Assembly (NCBI GenBank): GCA_964369855.1
Contig: CAYJGO010000001.1
Location: 1 to 49,486 of the forward strand
Origin: an uncultured Treponemataceae bacterium
Lineage (GTDB): Bacteria > Spirochaetota > Spirochaetia > Treponematales > Treponemataceae
Reading direction: 5' to 3'
Length of the DNA: 49,486 nucleotides
Positions 37,006-46,163 of this stretch are shown in pieces. The notes beneath the pieces were generated by a model. That model was not told where the DNA came from and ran no database searches. It worked only from the letters and a program-made list of their open reading frames with translations. The first letter of the stretch is position 1; every line of letters begins with the position of its first letter. A program made the translations under genes and the position numbers.

Positions 37006-38662
37006 GCTGTTCTTCCTCAAATTTGTGTTGAATGATTGCTTTTGCAACATTTTCCCCATCCATAGCTGAAGAAACAATGCCACCGGAATATCCAGCACCT
37101 TCCCCCGCAGGATAAACACCTTTTAGAACAGGGTTTTCACAGGTGGTTGTGTTTCTTAAAATTCGGATTGGTGTTGAAGTTCGTGTTTCAGGAGCTATTA
37201 GTAAAGCTTCCTCGCAGATAAAGCCCTTCATCTTCTTATCAAACTCATGAAAGGCTTCTTGAAGTCGCAGTGATATATGTTCAGGGAGCCATAAGTCAAG
37301 ACGAGAAGAGACAATGCCTGGGGCATAAGATGAGTTCGGTAAATTCTTAGAAAGGCGCCCTTCCAAGAAGTCGGTGAGTTTTTGTGCAGGAGCAGCTTGT
37401 TGATTTTTTTGCTTTCCGCTAGCACTTTCTTTAGCGGCCATTTCCTCTACATTCGATCTAAAATTTAGGCCGGCCAAGACATCATTCCCAAAATCAGAAG
37501 GAACATCTTCTGGGCGTGTTTCAACTACAAAAGCAGCATTTGACCAAGGAGAGTTCCGTTTTGATGCCGACATTCCGTTAATTACAATGTGGCTTGGAGC
37601 ACTTGAAGAAGGCACAATATATCCACCAGGACACATGCAAAATGAATACACTCCTCTGCCAGCTATTTGAGTTGTTAGTCTATATTCGGCAGAAGGTAGC
37701 GGTGCTTCAGGGGAGGAGTCACTATATTGTATTCGATCAATTGTCTCACGAGGATGCTCAACTCTTACCCCCATCGCAAATGTCTTTGCCTCAAGAGCTT
37801 GCTGTAAAACATATAAAACATTGTCGCTTTTTACATTTGCATGGTCGACGGCAGCTTTTGCCACAAGGCGATATATATCATCTGCAGAATGTCCTGTTGC
37901 GAGAAGAACTGTGTCGCACTTGAACGAAAGAGCTTCATTAGTAAGGGTTTGCAGTGCTTTTACTTCACAAATATGATGATTTTCATCGAAAATAAAATCA
38001 GTACATTTTGTATTAAAATGTATGATACCTCCAAAAGATCGGATAGTCTTTGTTATATTGCTAATTATAGCAGGTAAGTTATCAGTCCCAATATGAGGAT
38101 GTGCATCTGATAAAATAGATTTGTCTGCTCCATGATGGTGTAATATTGACAAAACAAGAGAGATATCACCTCTTTTGCTTGAACGCGAATATAACTTGCC
38201 ATCTGAAAAAGTGCCTGCACCACCTTCTCCAAAGCAAAAGTTTGAATTCGGGTTTACGTTGCCTGTTTTATTAATCTCGGTAATATCTGCTTTTCTTAGC
38301 TCGGATTCTTGTCCTCGCTCAAGAATTATAGGCTGTATACCTTTTTCTAGTAAAGTAAGGGCTGCAAAAAGCCCTGCAGGGCCAGCTCCTATGATAAGTA
38401 CCTGTTTTTTTTCATCTGCCTGTACCCATGCTGGGATAAAGTTGTCAGATGGAGTTTCTCCAACATACACAGCATAACGAACATGATACTTTACATCTTT
38501 TCTACGGGCATCAACAGATTTCTTTTTACAAACTATTGCAGAAACTTCAGAGCTTCCGACATGTGTACCACTGTCACTAAGAATGCGTAAAACTCTTTTT
38601 TTTACTAAATCCTTATCTTCCTCTTGACCTGGAAACAAGGTTAGCATTACCTCATAAATCAT
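36989..38662 (-). CDS. FAD-dependent oxidoreductase (uncharacterised COG2509-like family)
   Basis: VLIIGAGPAGLFAAL dinucleotide motif and C-terminal YPAGEGAGYSGGI. I prefer the second ATG (38662, MIYEVML...) because the first ATG (38671) lies inside a TATAAT hexamer. An alternative start at 38671 is possible. Confidence 0.7.
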   Translation of the reverse strand: MIYEVMLTLFPGQEEDKDLVKKRVLRILSDSGTHVGSSEVSAIVCKKKSVDARRKDVKYHVRYAVYVGETPSDNFIPAWVQADEKKQVLIIGAGPAGLFAALTLLEKGIQPIILERGQESELRKADITEINKTGNVNPNSNFCFGEGGAGTFSDGKLYSRSSKRGDISLVLSILHHHGADKSILSDAHPHIGTDNLPAIISNITKTIRSFGGIIHFNTKCTDFIFDENHHICEVKALQTLTNEALSFKCDTVLLATGHSADDIYRLVAKAAVDHANVKSDNVLYVLQQALEAKTFAMGVRVEHPRETIDRIQYSDSSPEAPLPSAEYRLTTQIAGRGVYSFCMCPGGYIVPSSSAPSHIVINGMSASKRNSPWSNAAFVVETRPEDVPSDFGNDVLAGLNFRSNVEEMAAKESASGKQKNQQAAPAQKLTDFLEGRLSKNLPNSSYAPGIVSSRLDLWLPEHISLRLQEAFHEFDKKMKGFICEEALLIAPETRTSTPIRILRNTTTCENPVLKGVYPAGEGAGYSGGIVSSAMDGENVAKAIIQHKFEEEQHGETN

Positions 38663-38669
38663 ATTATGC

Positions 38670-38675
38670 ATTATA
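38670..38675 (-). promoter_or_regulatory. -10 hexamer TATAAT, 7 nt upstream of ATG 38662
   Basis: The minus strand reads TGATATATAATGCATAATATG. TATAAT spans 38675-38670, followed by spacer GCATAAT and then the ATG. No SD. Confidence 0.35.
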
Positions 38676-38763
38676 TATCAAAAATCAAAATTTATCAACT
38701 TAAAAATGCATTTTCAATTAGAAAAGTAATGAAAAAGAGAAGAATGGAAATAAAGAGAGTTTT

Positions 38764-40020
38764 CTAAGTACGAAGGGTTGCGCGGGTATCTACTATGCGC
38801 CTCATATCTACAATGTTGGTAACTATCATATAGGTATCATACACTTCAAGTTTTCTTTTCTCAACAAACTTATTTACTTCATCCCGTGCAACATCAAAAG
38901 GAAGTCCTGCCCAATGGGCTAGGTCTTGAATTGTTAGATTAAATTGCCTGCTTCTGTCTCCACCTTGCGGATTTCGGTTCATTTCATCAAACATAAGGAA
39001 AACGTCTGCAACCCTAGCCTGAATGTCTTCAATAACAAGTACCCTAAACCTTCTCTTTTGGTCATAAATACGCTTACAAAACAGTTTCAAAAGAATTAAG
39101 GCTATTTGAGGATTTCCCATTATAAGAACTTCGAAATTCTCTTTGTTGAATTCTAAAACTTCAACTTTGTTTAGTGCCACAGCTGTTGCTGATCGAGGTG
39201 AGTTCTCTAATATAGCCATTTCCCCAAAAAATTCTGAAGGCTTTAATATATCGATATTCTTTTTTGACCCTTTAACACATTTTACAAGTTGAACAAGCCC
39301 TGATTGAATTAAATAGAATGATTCTCCGGGCTCAAATTCAGAAATAATAACCGATTCAGCCTCAAATGTTTTTGCAAAACGTGAGAATGTAGGTAGTGAA
39401 AATTGCTTTAAAGCAGAGTTTGAAGATGCTGAATCTTCATCAGATTCCCCAATGTGGTGTGTTTTTTTTGCTCTACTACCTTGTTGGTTTAATCGACGTT
39501 GTGAATCGCCATATAATTTAGCTACAGATTCTTTTCTCGTTGTAGTTGGAAAGCGTGCTAAAAGCTTAGTGCAAACATCACAGCAGGCCTTATATTGCTC
39601 ATCATCAAAAAAACTTTGTGCTACTGAAATCATGCCGCTTACTTGATCTATATCTATTTCACTTTTTAGAATTGATTCTGTTTTTCTATGTATTGCTCTA
39701 AGCTGATTTGAAAAAACTTTTAACATTTTCATAATAACTTGCTTGTTGCCACTAAACATTTTTTCAAATTCTTGTACTGTCAAGGCAATTGCGCTTACTT
39801 CACTCATAACAGTTGCGGTTTCTTCTCTAGGGAAATGCCCTAACGCAGATTTAACACCAAAGAATTCACCTTCTCTGATGTGTTCTGTTGAGGGAATATT
39901 TGTTTCAATATCTGTACTTGTTAGAAGAACCATACCTTTTTGCAGAATGAAAATTCTCTCATCCATATCTCCTGCAAAGTATATAATAGATCCCTTTGTG
40001 TACTGCATTGACTTTGGCAT
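38764..40020 (-). CDS. Regulator with two cyclic-nucleotide-binding domains and a C-terminal Crp-type HTH
   Basis: Two CAP-effector signatures, FFGVKSALG...RE.TATV and FFGEMAILENSPRSATAV. The C-terminal LTIQDLAHWAGLPFDVARDEVNKF is HTH-like. SD GAGG. Confidence 0.75.
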   Translation of the reverse strand: MPKSMQYTKGSIIYFAGDMDERIFILQKGMVLLTSTDIETNIPSTEHIREGEFFGVKSALGHFPREETATVMSEVSAIALTVQEFEKMFSGNKQVIMKMLKVFSNQLRAIHRKTESILKSEIDIDQVSGMISVAQSFFDDEQYKACCDVCTKLLARFPTTTRKESVAKLYGDSQRRLNQQGSRAKKTHHIGESDEDSASSNSALKQFSLPTFSRFAKTFEAESVIISEFEPGESFYLIQSGLVQLVKCVKGSKKNIDILKPSEFFGEMAILENSPRSATAVALNKVEVLEFNKENFEVLIMGNPQIALILLKLFCKRIYDQKRRFRVLVIEDIQARVADVFLMFDEMNRNPQGGDRSRQFNLTIQDLAHWAGLPFDVARDEVNKFVEKRKLEVYDTYMIVTNIVDMRRIVDTRATLRT

Positions 40021-40056
40021 TGTTTACCTCTGCGTTTCTAGAAAACTTATATATAT

Positions 40057-40065
40057 ATTATAACA
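40057..40065 (-). promoter_or_regulatory. Extended -10 element TGTTATAAT for the cNMP regulator, with an SD-containing leader of about 30 nt
   Basis: The minus strand reads TGTTATAAT followed by an (AT)n tract, then CAGAGGTAAACA and the ATG. Confidence 0.4.
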
Positions 40066-40080
40066 CAAATATTAAATTTA

Positions 40081-40089
40081 TGGTATACT
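40081..40089 (+). promoter_or_regulatory. Extended -10 element TGGTATACT, 6 nt upstream of ATG 40096
   Basis: TGGTATACT, then TTTTTT, then ATG. The N-terminus MIDLHLHSSASDG is the canonical PHP start, so the ATG is secure. No SD. Confidence 0.5.
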
Positions 40090-40095
40090 TTTTTT

Positions 40096-40938
40096 ATGAT
40101 AGATTTACATTTACATTCCAGTGCTTCTGACGGCTCTATGACACCTTTTGAGCTTATTACATTCGGAGCTCAAAAAGGCTTACAAGTTATGGCTCTAACA
40201 GATCACGATACAATAGGTGGACTTAAAGAAGCACACGCAGCTGCAATAGAAAATAACGTTATTTTTGTTCCTGGTATTGAAATAAACATTCAATGGCCAA
40301 AAGGAGAGTTTCATCTCCTTGGATTAGGAATAAAAACACCGAGTAAATCCCTTTTAGATATTATCGCATTTTTAGGCAAAGCTCGCAATAGTCGAAATGA
40401 AGAAATTCTAAAAAAAATGCAAAGTTGTGGTCTAAATGTTGACGAACAAGAATTAAAATCCCTCTTTCAAACAGAGTCGCTTGGGCGTCCTCATATTGCA
40501 GACTACCTAGTAATGAAAAATAAGGTAAAAAATCGCCAACAAGCATTTGATAAATTCTTAGGACAAGGGAGACCCTTTTATGTTCCTAGAGCCGGGGCAA
40601 ACTTAGATGAAGCTGTTGTTGCTTTAAAAGAAAGTGGGGCTGTTCCTGTTATTGCACACCCGCTTTCATTATATCTATCATGGGGAAAAATTGAGGATGT
40701 TTTAATAGATATTTTTGACCGAGGTGTTCTTGGCTTGGAGGCATGGCATCCAGGAGTTAAAGAGGGTGAGGCAAGACGATTAGAAGAGATAGGTAGAAGA
40801 ATAGGTTTTTTTATAACAGCTGGGAGTGATTTTCATGGAGAAAAAGTTCGTTCTGATAGAAAAATTGGCAAAACGAGCGGGGCAAAGGAAATTGATAGTA
40901 GATTTTGGACAGATGAGCTAAAACCACATTTACACTAG
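40096..40938 (+). CDS. PHP-domain phosphoesterase (TrpH/YciV-like)
   Basis: MIDLHLHSSASDGS, ALTDHDT, IAHP and GSDFHG metal-ligand motifs. Confidence 0.8.
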   Translation: MIDLHLHSSASDGSMTPFELITFGAQKGLQVMALTDHDTIGGLKEAHAAAIENNVIFVPGIEINIQWPKGEFHLLGLGIKTPSKSLLDIIAFLGKARNSRNEEILKKMQSCGLNVDEQELKSLFQTESLGRPHIADYLVMKNKVKNRQQAFDKFLGQGRPFYVPRAGANLDEAVVALKESGAVPVIAHPLSLYLSWGKIEDVLIDIFDRGVLGLEAWHPGVKEGEARRLEEIGRRIGFFITAGSDFHGEKVRSDRKIGKTSGAKEIDSRFWTDELKPHLH

Positions 40939-41025
40939 ATACAATTTAAATGTTGAAAATTTGTAAAATTTTCATAAAAAAAGTTAATAATATATATATA
41001 CCAGTATTATATTATTGGAGGATTT

Positions 41026-42618
41026 ATGAGAATAACAAGTTTTTCCCCTTTTGGTTATGAAGGAGCTTTAGTTTCAATTGAAGTAGACTTGCGACGAGGT
41101 ATACCTCTTGTTGAGGTTGTTGGGCTTGCAGATAACTCTGTTAAAGAAGCCAGAGAAAGAATGAGAGCGGCAATACGCAACTCTGGTTTTGATTTTCCTT
41201 TGGAAAGAGTGTTAATTAGCCTATCGCCAGCAGATGTGAAAAAAGAAGGAGCAGGATTTGATCTTGCTATTGCACTCGCCGTTTTGCAAGAAAAGCTAAA
41301 GGTTGATATCACTGATTCTGTAGAAAAAGAATCTTTTCATGAAAATCTTTATGTTTTGGTAATGGGGGAACTTGAGTTATCTGGTAAAATTCGGCCTGTA
41401 AGGGGAGTGCATGCTGCTTTATCGACAGCCTTAGAAAATGGAATTGATTTTTGTGTAATACCAGAGGAAAATGCTCAAGAGGCAGCAGGCTTGCAAGGTA
41501 TAAGAATTTTTACTGCAAAGCATTTGCAAGAAGCATATAAGTTATTATTAAAGCTCCAGTCAAAAGCATTTTATGAAAAAATACAAGCAGTAAAACCGCA
41601 AAATAAAATGGAATCTGTGTATCAAGAAAAAGTATATTTTCCAGAAATTTCACCCAATTTTAATTATATTTCAGTTAAAGGACAGCCCTTTTTGCTGCGG
41701 GGATTGCAAATAGCGGCAGCAGGTATTCATAATCTGATAGCATATGGGCCACCTGGATGCGGAAAAACATTGGCGCTGCAGAATTTTCAAAGTCTTTTAC
41801 CTTGTCTTACAACAGAAAACGCTCTTCCAGTAACAAGAATATATAGTTTGGCAGGCAAGTTAAAACCAGGAGTTAGCCTTATAAAAGAGCCTCCTTTTAG
41901 AATGCCGCATCAAAGCTCTTCTGCAGAGGGAATGATTGGAGGAGGGCCACAGTGTAGGCCGGGGGAAATATCTTTAGCGCATAATGGGACTCTTTTTTTA
42001 GATGAGGCAGCTGAATTTAGAACGTCGGTATTACAAATGCTTAGGGTTCCATTAGAGGATGGCAAGGTTACATTAAGTCGAGCTGGTCGCAGTAGTGAGT
42101 ATCCCGCAAGATTTCAGTTGTTAATTGCATCAAATCCTTGTCCTTGTGGAAACTTTGGTTCCCAAGATAAGATTTGCTTGTGTAGTGCTCGTGCTGTTGA
42201 ACAGTATTGGAGAAAATTTTCTGCGCCGCTATTGGATAGAATTGACATTAGAATTTCTCTATCTGGAGCTATTATCGATAAGAGAATTTCTGAAAGTGGA
42301 AAAAAAGAATTTTCAACTGAAGAATTACGTGAAGAAATCAGAAGGGCTACGCAAACACAACGGAAAAGACAGGGTAAAAGCAATAGCAGTTTAAATGCAT
42401 CAGAGTTATTGAAGTACTGCTCTCTAGATGAAAAGACAGAAGAATATTTGCACACAGAGTCGATTAGGTATGGATTTTCTGCCCGAGGAACACACTCTTG
42501 TATAAAGGTTGCGAGAACAATTGCAGATATGAATGATAGTAAAAATATTACGCTACTTCATATGCAAGAGGCAATTGTAATGCATAAAAATGAGGGAGGG
42601 CCAAATTTTATGTTCTAG
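41026..42618 (+). CDS. comM: YifB/ComM-family Mg-chelatase-like AAA+ ATPase
   Basis: Lon-protease-like N-domain, Walker A GPPGCGKT, Walker B LFLDEAAEF, and a C-terminal Mg-chelatase domain. SD GGAGGA. Confidence 0.9.
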   Translation: MRITSFSPFGYEGALVSIEVDLRRGIPLVEVVGLADNSVKEARERMRAAIRNSGFDFPLERVLISLSPADVKKEGAGFDLAIALAVLQEKLKVDITDSVEKESFHENLYVLVMGELELSGKIRPVRGVHAALSTALENGIDFCVIPEENAQEAAGLQGIRIFTAKHLQEAYKLLLKLQSKAFYEKIQAVKPQNKMESVYQEKVYFPEISPNFNYISVKGQPFLLRGLQIAAAGIHNLIAYGPPGCGKTLALQNFQSLLPCLTTENALPVTRIYSLAGKLKPGVSLIKEPPFRMPHQSSSAEGMIGGGPQCRPGEISLAHNGTLFLDEAAEFRTSVLQMLRVPLEDGKVTLSRAGRSSEYPARFQLLIASNPCPCGNFGSQDKICLCSARAVEQYWRKFSAPLLDRIDIRISLSGAIIDKRISESGKKEFSTEELREEIRRATQTQRKRQGKSNSSLNASELLKYCSLDEKTEEYLHTESIRYGFSARGTHSCIKVARTIADMNDSKNITLLHMQEAIVMHKNEGGPNFMF

Positions 42619-42621
42619 AAA

Positions 42622-44013
42622 TTAAACTTGTTCAAAATTCGCACCCAAATTATTCATAGTTTCAAAAAATCCAGGAAATGATACGGCATGGCATTCAAAA
42701 TCATTGATAAAGACAGCTTCATTTTCACCCAAAGCCAAGCCTAAGCAAGAAAAAGACATTGCAACTCGATGGTCATGAAAACTTTCAATTTCACCGCCGT
42801 GAAGACCAAACTGAGGGTTTTTAGTGCCATCAGCCATTAAAGGGGAGTGCCCACTGATTTCTAAAAAATCTTCTCCTTCTTTGACTGATGCACCAAGTTT
42901 TTTTAGCTCACTTGCCATTACCATTATTCTATCAGTTTCTTTTTTTCGACAAACGCCGATATCTTCAAGGATAATGGTTCCTTCTGTAAAACAAGCTATT
43001 ACAGCAAGAGCACAAACAGCATCAGGAAAGCCAGAGCAATTAATTCTAAGTTCGTGAGATTCTCTTGGTACGGCTAAGCGCCCGTTTATCCAACCATTTG
43101 AACTGTCATTAATGGTTGAATGAATTCCTCCATTAACAGAAAGGGTTTTTTCATCCTTGTTTATTTGGATGTCTGCTCCCACTTGGCGTAAAATATCATA
43201 AATTGCATCATCCCCTTGAGTTCCTGATGTGTCTATTTTTTCTATAACAATTTTGCTATTTGTTAAAATTCCTGCAATTAAGGGAAAGGCTACTGCTTCC
43301 CAGTCTGAGGGGACAGTAACATTGAAACCGAGTATTTTTTTTGGCCCAGTTACAGAAATATGATGAAAGTCTTTACTAATAGAAACAGGTATGCCAGCCC
43401 CTTCTAGCCAGTGTTTTGTCATAATGAGGTAAGGGGTTTCTTTTGGATCAGTTAGTTCAATATTTGTTGTCCCGTTAATCATGCTTGCTGCCATCATCAT
43501 TCCGCTAATATACTGAGACAAGCGACCATCGGTTTTGATTGATTTTGCACTAATTGGGCCTTTTATTAATATTGGGGGCGAGTCTGTTTCTGGGCGGCTA
43601 ATATGAACCTCTGCACCAGCTTGTTCTAATAAGCTTGCTAAATGGCGAACAGGTCGTGTTCGTATGGATGAGTCTCCAGTGAATATACTCCATCCTTTAA
43701 AAGTTGCGGCTATTGGGCTTAAAAAATATAACACTGAACCCGAATTTCCAACGTTTACAACATCATCTGGTAAATGGATGTTATCACCTGCACCTTCAAC
43801 CTTCCAAAGCAGGGGGTTTGAAAAATCTACGCGGGCACCTAGTTTTTCTACAGCCTTTGCGCAGGAAACACAGTCTTCCCCTGTAAGGGGGTTTTCAATT
43901 TGGCAGACACCTTCAGCTAGTGTTGCAAGGATAAGGGCTCTAATAGTATGACTTTTTGAACCAGGAACACAAGTGTGTCCAGATAGTGTATTTGAAGTTA
44001 CTTTTATTTTCAT
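42622..44013 (-). CDS. aroA: 3-phosphoshikimate 1-carboxyvinyltransferase (EPSP synthase)
   Basis: VPGSKSHTIRALILATLAEG N-terminal motif, GNSGSVLYFL, and DHRVAMSF near the C-terminus. Confidence 0.9.
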   Translation of the reverse strand: MKIKVTSNTLSGHTCVPGSKSHTIRALILATLAEGVCQIENPLTGEDCVSCAKAVEKLGARVDFSNPLLWKVEGAGDNIHLPDDVVNVGNSGSVLYFLSPIAATFKGWSIFTGDSSIRTRPVRHLASLLEQAGAEVHISRPETDSPPILIKGPISAKSIKTDGRLSQYISGMMMAASMINGTTNIELTDPKETPYLIMTKHWLEGAGIPVSISKDFHHISVTGPKKILGFNVTVPSDWEAVAFPLIAGILTNSKIVIEKIDTSGTQGDDAIYDILRQVGADIQINKDEKTLSVNGGIHSTINDSSNGWINGRLAVPRESHELRINCSGFPDAVCALAVIACFTEGTIILEDIGVCRKKETDRIMVMASELKKLGASVKEGEDFLEISGHSPLMADGTKNPQFGLHGGEIESFHDHRVAMSFSCLGLALGENEAVFINDFECHAVSFPGFFETMNNLGANFEQV

Positions 44014-44019
44014 GTATGT

Positions 44020-44028
44020 ATAGTATCA
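44020..44028 (-). promoter_or_regulatory. Extended -10-like element TGATACTAT, 6 nt upstream of the aroA ATG
   Basis: The minus strand reads TGATACTAT, then ACATAC, then ATG (44013). No SD. Confidence 0.4.
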
Positions 44029-44079
44029 TAGAAAATAAAACCTTTCATCCCTTTTTAAAGAAAAAGTCTTCTTTTTTTA

Positions 44080-46161
44080 TTAATTTTCTTCTATAAAAAG
44101 AGGAGGCCTAAAACGTCTGATTTTTCGAGCTTGACCTATAGAAAGGACAATAGTTGAGCCGTCTTCTTTAGACAATGTTAGTCGAGCATCTCCATCGCAT
44201 TTTTCTATTTTTAAGGGTCTCCCAATAAAAATAGTTTTCGAGCCTTCTACCTCAACCATATTGAGGGCTGATATTGCTTGTTCGACAACTTGAATTTTTC
44301 CAACAAAGTCTATGCCGCTGGCTTCAGTTTTTTCACTTCTAATTGTTTCTCCAATAAGTTGAGTTTCGTTTATTATTAATTTTCTATCGATGCGCTCTAA
44401 TAATCCCTCTTCTTGTTCGGGCGTGAGGTTTAAGGTTTTGAGATGACTTTTCATTTTTTCTAGGTGCTTTTCTCCACCGAGAGGGAAAATTTCTTTTATT
44501 TGGTTGTGTTCAATTTCTAATGTAGCACTGGCGCTTATTTCGGTAAAACCTATGCTTTCTTGGTCTTTTTTTAATCTCTTAGGCATTCCGATAAAATCTA
44601 AATTACTTTTTTCAATTATAGATAGAGCTTCTTCTGTACTTGAAAAATCAAGAATAAAAATACCTGCTGCAAGACTTAGTTTTATGTGCGGGGCTAATAC
44701 GGGGTTGTTTTCAATTAAAACTGCTTTTTCAGCATTTACTTGTAAAACATATCCATGGTAAAGCGATGCGGAACAGTATGTTTCATACCATTCTTTTACT
44801 GAAAAACTTAAATTTTGTGACACTGGTTTGCCTGAAGCTTGTTCAAGAAGGAGAAGAATATTGTCACTTTTTTCTCCATTATCAAAAACCCTCATACAAG
44901 AATTTCTTGAAATTTCAAAGCGGCAAACAGTATCATAATTAAGTAAATTCATGCAGGAAACTAATGAAAGCATATGCGAAAGATTTGTTTTATTAATAAA
45001 GGTAACAGAAAAGCCCGCATCGATACTAATAATTGGATTGTGTGATTGCCCTTTTTGAGATATGTCACTATGAAAGGTATATTGTTCGGAAGTGGTCAAA
45101 ATTTGTTCCCCATTTTCATTTTCACCAATAACATTTAGAAGGCCAAAAAAAAGCAATCTTTCAATTAGAGATTCATGAGTGAAGGTGTCTTCAGTGTTAA
45201 CTCCTTGCGAACGTTGTACGAGTGCTGAAAAATAGCTCGTTTTTCTTTCAGTTTTATCTTCTTTGTGTGCAAAATTTAATAAAAAAGCCAAACGCTTTAA
45301 AATTGTTCTTGTATAACCCTGCTTTGGGATATTTGCCAATAAGTTTTTTGCAAACTTTGAATGTTTAATTAGTGCCTCGCGTGAAAAAGGTGAAAAGGAA
45401 GAGACACAGATATAAATTTTTTGAACGGGCTCGCTTAACTTGCTAAATGCCCTCCACTTCATATCATTTGGGTATATGCTTGTTCCATCTATATAAAAAA
45501 GAGAAAGGTTTATTAGGGCTTTATTTAGATTTTCTAAAAAAAGTTCTTGTATTCGCGGAAAGGTGTGTGTAATTGTGCCTTGAGTTTTTCGCTTTAGTCC
45601 TCCATCAGTTTTGCATATTTCTGGGTTTTGAGAAACAAAGGAATACCAAGAAGCTAATAAAGCACTGTTTAAGTATGTTTGCTCTAATACTTTTTGAGTA
45701 CTTTCTTTGAGTAACGGGGGAGGTAAAAGGACAGAGAGACTGCTGTATGAGAGTAAGTTCTTTTCTAATAAAGGATTTATAGCATAGCATTCTTGCTTGA
45801 GCTTTTCATCATAGTGTCGATAAACCAATAATCGCTCTTCAAGATTATTTAAATATTCAAACAGATAAAAAACTGAAAAAACGCCATCAAAAAAAGAGAG
45901 TAATGTATCTCTACCTGCTTTTCTTAAATAATAAATTGCACTTAATAGCAAAACATCATTTTGAGACAAAAGAGCAAGAAGGTTATTTTTATTTTGATCT
46001 TTACATAAAAAAGAAACTAAGTCTTGTATTAAACGTTCTTTGTTGTAGGGAGTTTTTATTGTACCAAGATACATTTTGGCAATCGACAGAAATTGGTTTT
46101 CATTCATTCGAATGAGAGATTCCTTCCATGGAGTTAGGGCTTGAAAATTATTTTTTTGCAT
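44080..46161 (-). CDS. XPB-associated protein of unknown function that contains an XPB-N-terminal-domain-like module
   Basis: 693-aa ORF. The ATG lies 2 nt after the helicase stop, with SD GGAGGA inside the helicase 3' end. By eye, residues ~375-470 align with residues ~5-100 of the adjacent helicase. Confidence 0.6.
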   Translation of the reverse strand: MQKNNFQALTPWKESLIRMNENQFLSIAKMYLGTIKTPYNKERLIQDLVSFLCKDQNKNNLLALLSQNDVLLLSAIYYLRKAGRDTLLSFFDGVFSVFYLFEYLNNLEERLLVYRHYDEKLKQECYAINPLLEKNLLSYSSLSVLLPPPLLKESTQKVLEQTYLNSALLASWYSFVSQNPEICKTDGGLKRKTQGTITHTFPRIQELFLENLNKALINLSLFYIDGTSIYPNDMKWRAFSKLSEPVQKIYICVSSFSPFSREALIKHSKFAKNLLANIPKQGYTRTILKRLAFLLNFAHKEDKTERKTSYFSALVQRSQGVNTEDTFTHESLIERLLFFGLLNVIGENENGEQILTTSEQYTFHSDISQKGQSHNPIISIDAGFSVTFINKTNLSHMLSLVSCMNLLNYDTVCRFEISRNSCMRVFDNGEKSDNILLLLEQASGKPVSQNLSFSVKEWYETYCSASLYHGYVLQVNAEKAVLIENNPVLAPHIKLSLAAGIFILDFSSTEEALSIIEKSNLDFIGMPKRLKKDQESIGFTEISASATLEIEHNQIKEIFPLGGEKHLEKMKSHLKTLNLTPEQEEGLLERIDRKLIINETQLIGETIRSEKTEASGIDFVGKIQVVEQAISALNMVEVEGSKTIFIGRPLKIEKCDGDARLTLSKEDGSTIVLSIGQARKIRRFRPPLFIEEN

Positions 46162-46163
46162 GC

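Noticed and set aside
37006-37119. 5' extensions offered by the ORF track: fhs to 37119, tcdA to 2150 (TTG), flgM to 22284 (GTG), the SDR-like gene to 49388 (TTG), glgP to 4862 (GTG), nif3 to 17313.
   Set aside because: The extensions overlap upstream genes or promoters, use rare start codons, or add residues absent from the canonical N-termini. Downstream ATGs with an SD or a -10 context fit better.
40048-40058. (TA)5-type dinucleotide tracts at 40048-40058 and about 40992-41001, considered as possible phase-variation switches.
   Set aside because: The tracts are short. They lie downstream of the -10 or in a spacer, where a length change would only alter leader length. There is no evidence of variability from a single sequence.
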